Positions 63,864 to 64,000 of a stretch of 64,000 bases of DNA are shown one piece after another. The DNA lies in assembly GCA_034520565.1 (NCBI GenBank), contig JAXHNL010000002.1, positions 32,001-96,000 of the forward strand, given 5' to 3'. The notes beneath the pieces were generated by a model that had not been told where the DNA came from, did not search any database, and saw only the letters and a program-made list of their open reading frames with translations. This DNA comes from Halodesulfurarchaeum sp. (GTDB lineage: Archaea; Halobacteriota; Halobacteria; Halobacteriales; Halobacteriaceae). Both the position numbers and the translations under genes were made by a program. Positions within the stretch are counted from its first letter, which is position 1; each line of letters opens with the position of its first letter.

Positions 63864-64000
63864 ATGAAAGTGCTGTTCGGGTTGCAGGCCGGTTCTACCT
63901 CCCTCGAGACGCTCGAACGGACGGTCGAGCGGGTCCAGTCGGTTGGGGACGAGCTCACGGTTGCCGTACTCGAGCATCCAGACGGGGAGGGGTCCGTGAC
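63864..64000 (+). CDS. Universal stress protein-like, truncated by the window end
   Basis: MKVLFGLQAGSTSLETLERTVERVQSVGDELTVAV. Confidence 0.55.
   Translation, partial: MKVLFGLQAGSTSLETLERTVERVQSVGDELTVAVLEHPDGEGSV

Noticed and set aside
39327-63867. Long overlapping or antisense ORFs (e.g. 39327..40682, 49104..50912, 58632..59768, 52747..53784)
   Set aside because: Arg/Gly/Pro-rich shadow frames of high-GC genes or of rnpB; no motifs and non-acidic composition.
1-64000. CRISPR array or cas genes
   Set aside because: No regularly spaced repeats with unique spacers and no cas motifs seen.

Overview
Haloarchaeal (class Halobacteria) chromosomal DNA, judged from the acidic proteins, Tat lipoproteins and haloarchaea-specific families. 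It has two parts. (1) Positions ~1-39.4 kb are an accessory region of lower and variable GC lying 3' of tRNA-Arg(CCG). It carries a methanogen/acetogen-type corrinoid methyl-transfer set: non-pyrrolysine MttB, corrinoid protein, MtaA/UroD-like protein, MetH-activation-like protein, betaine-type binding protein and a class V aminotransferase. It also holds an RdfA-Sph pair, cysK, a GAF kinase, two MNT-HEPN pairs, two tyrosine integrases and a defence cluster (PD-(D/E)xK nucleases, RloC-like ATPase, Hna-like helicase-nuclease, type I R-M, DUF4268). (2) Positions ~39.5-64 kb are high-GC core genes (cobO, gnd, Fe/B12-type ABC transporter, valS, TrxR-like, RNase P RNA, wtpABC, pncB/pncA, pyrC). The most notable items are the corrinoid methyltransferase system with an unknown methyl acceptor, a Val-rich 9-codon leader ORF with alternative pairings upstream of valS, and uncharacterised candidate defence modules. 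Many single-base frameshifts, including one in valS, point to a noisy assembly, so split genes are probably intact in vivo. All family calls come from motif recognition by eye, not database searches.
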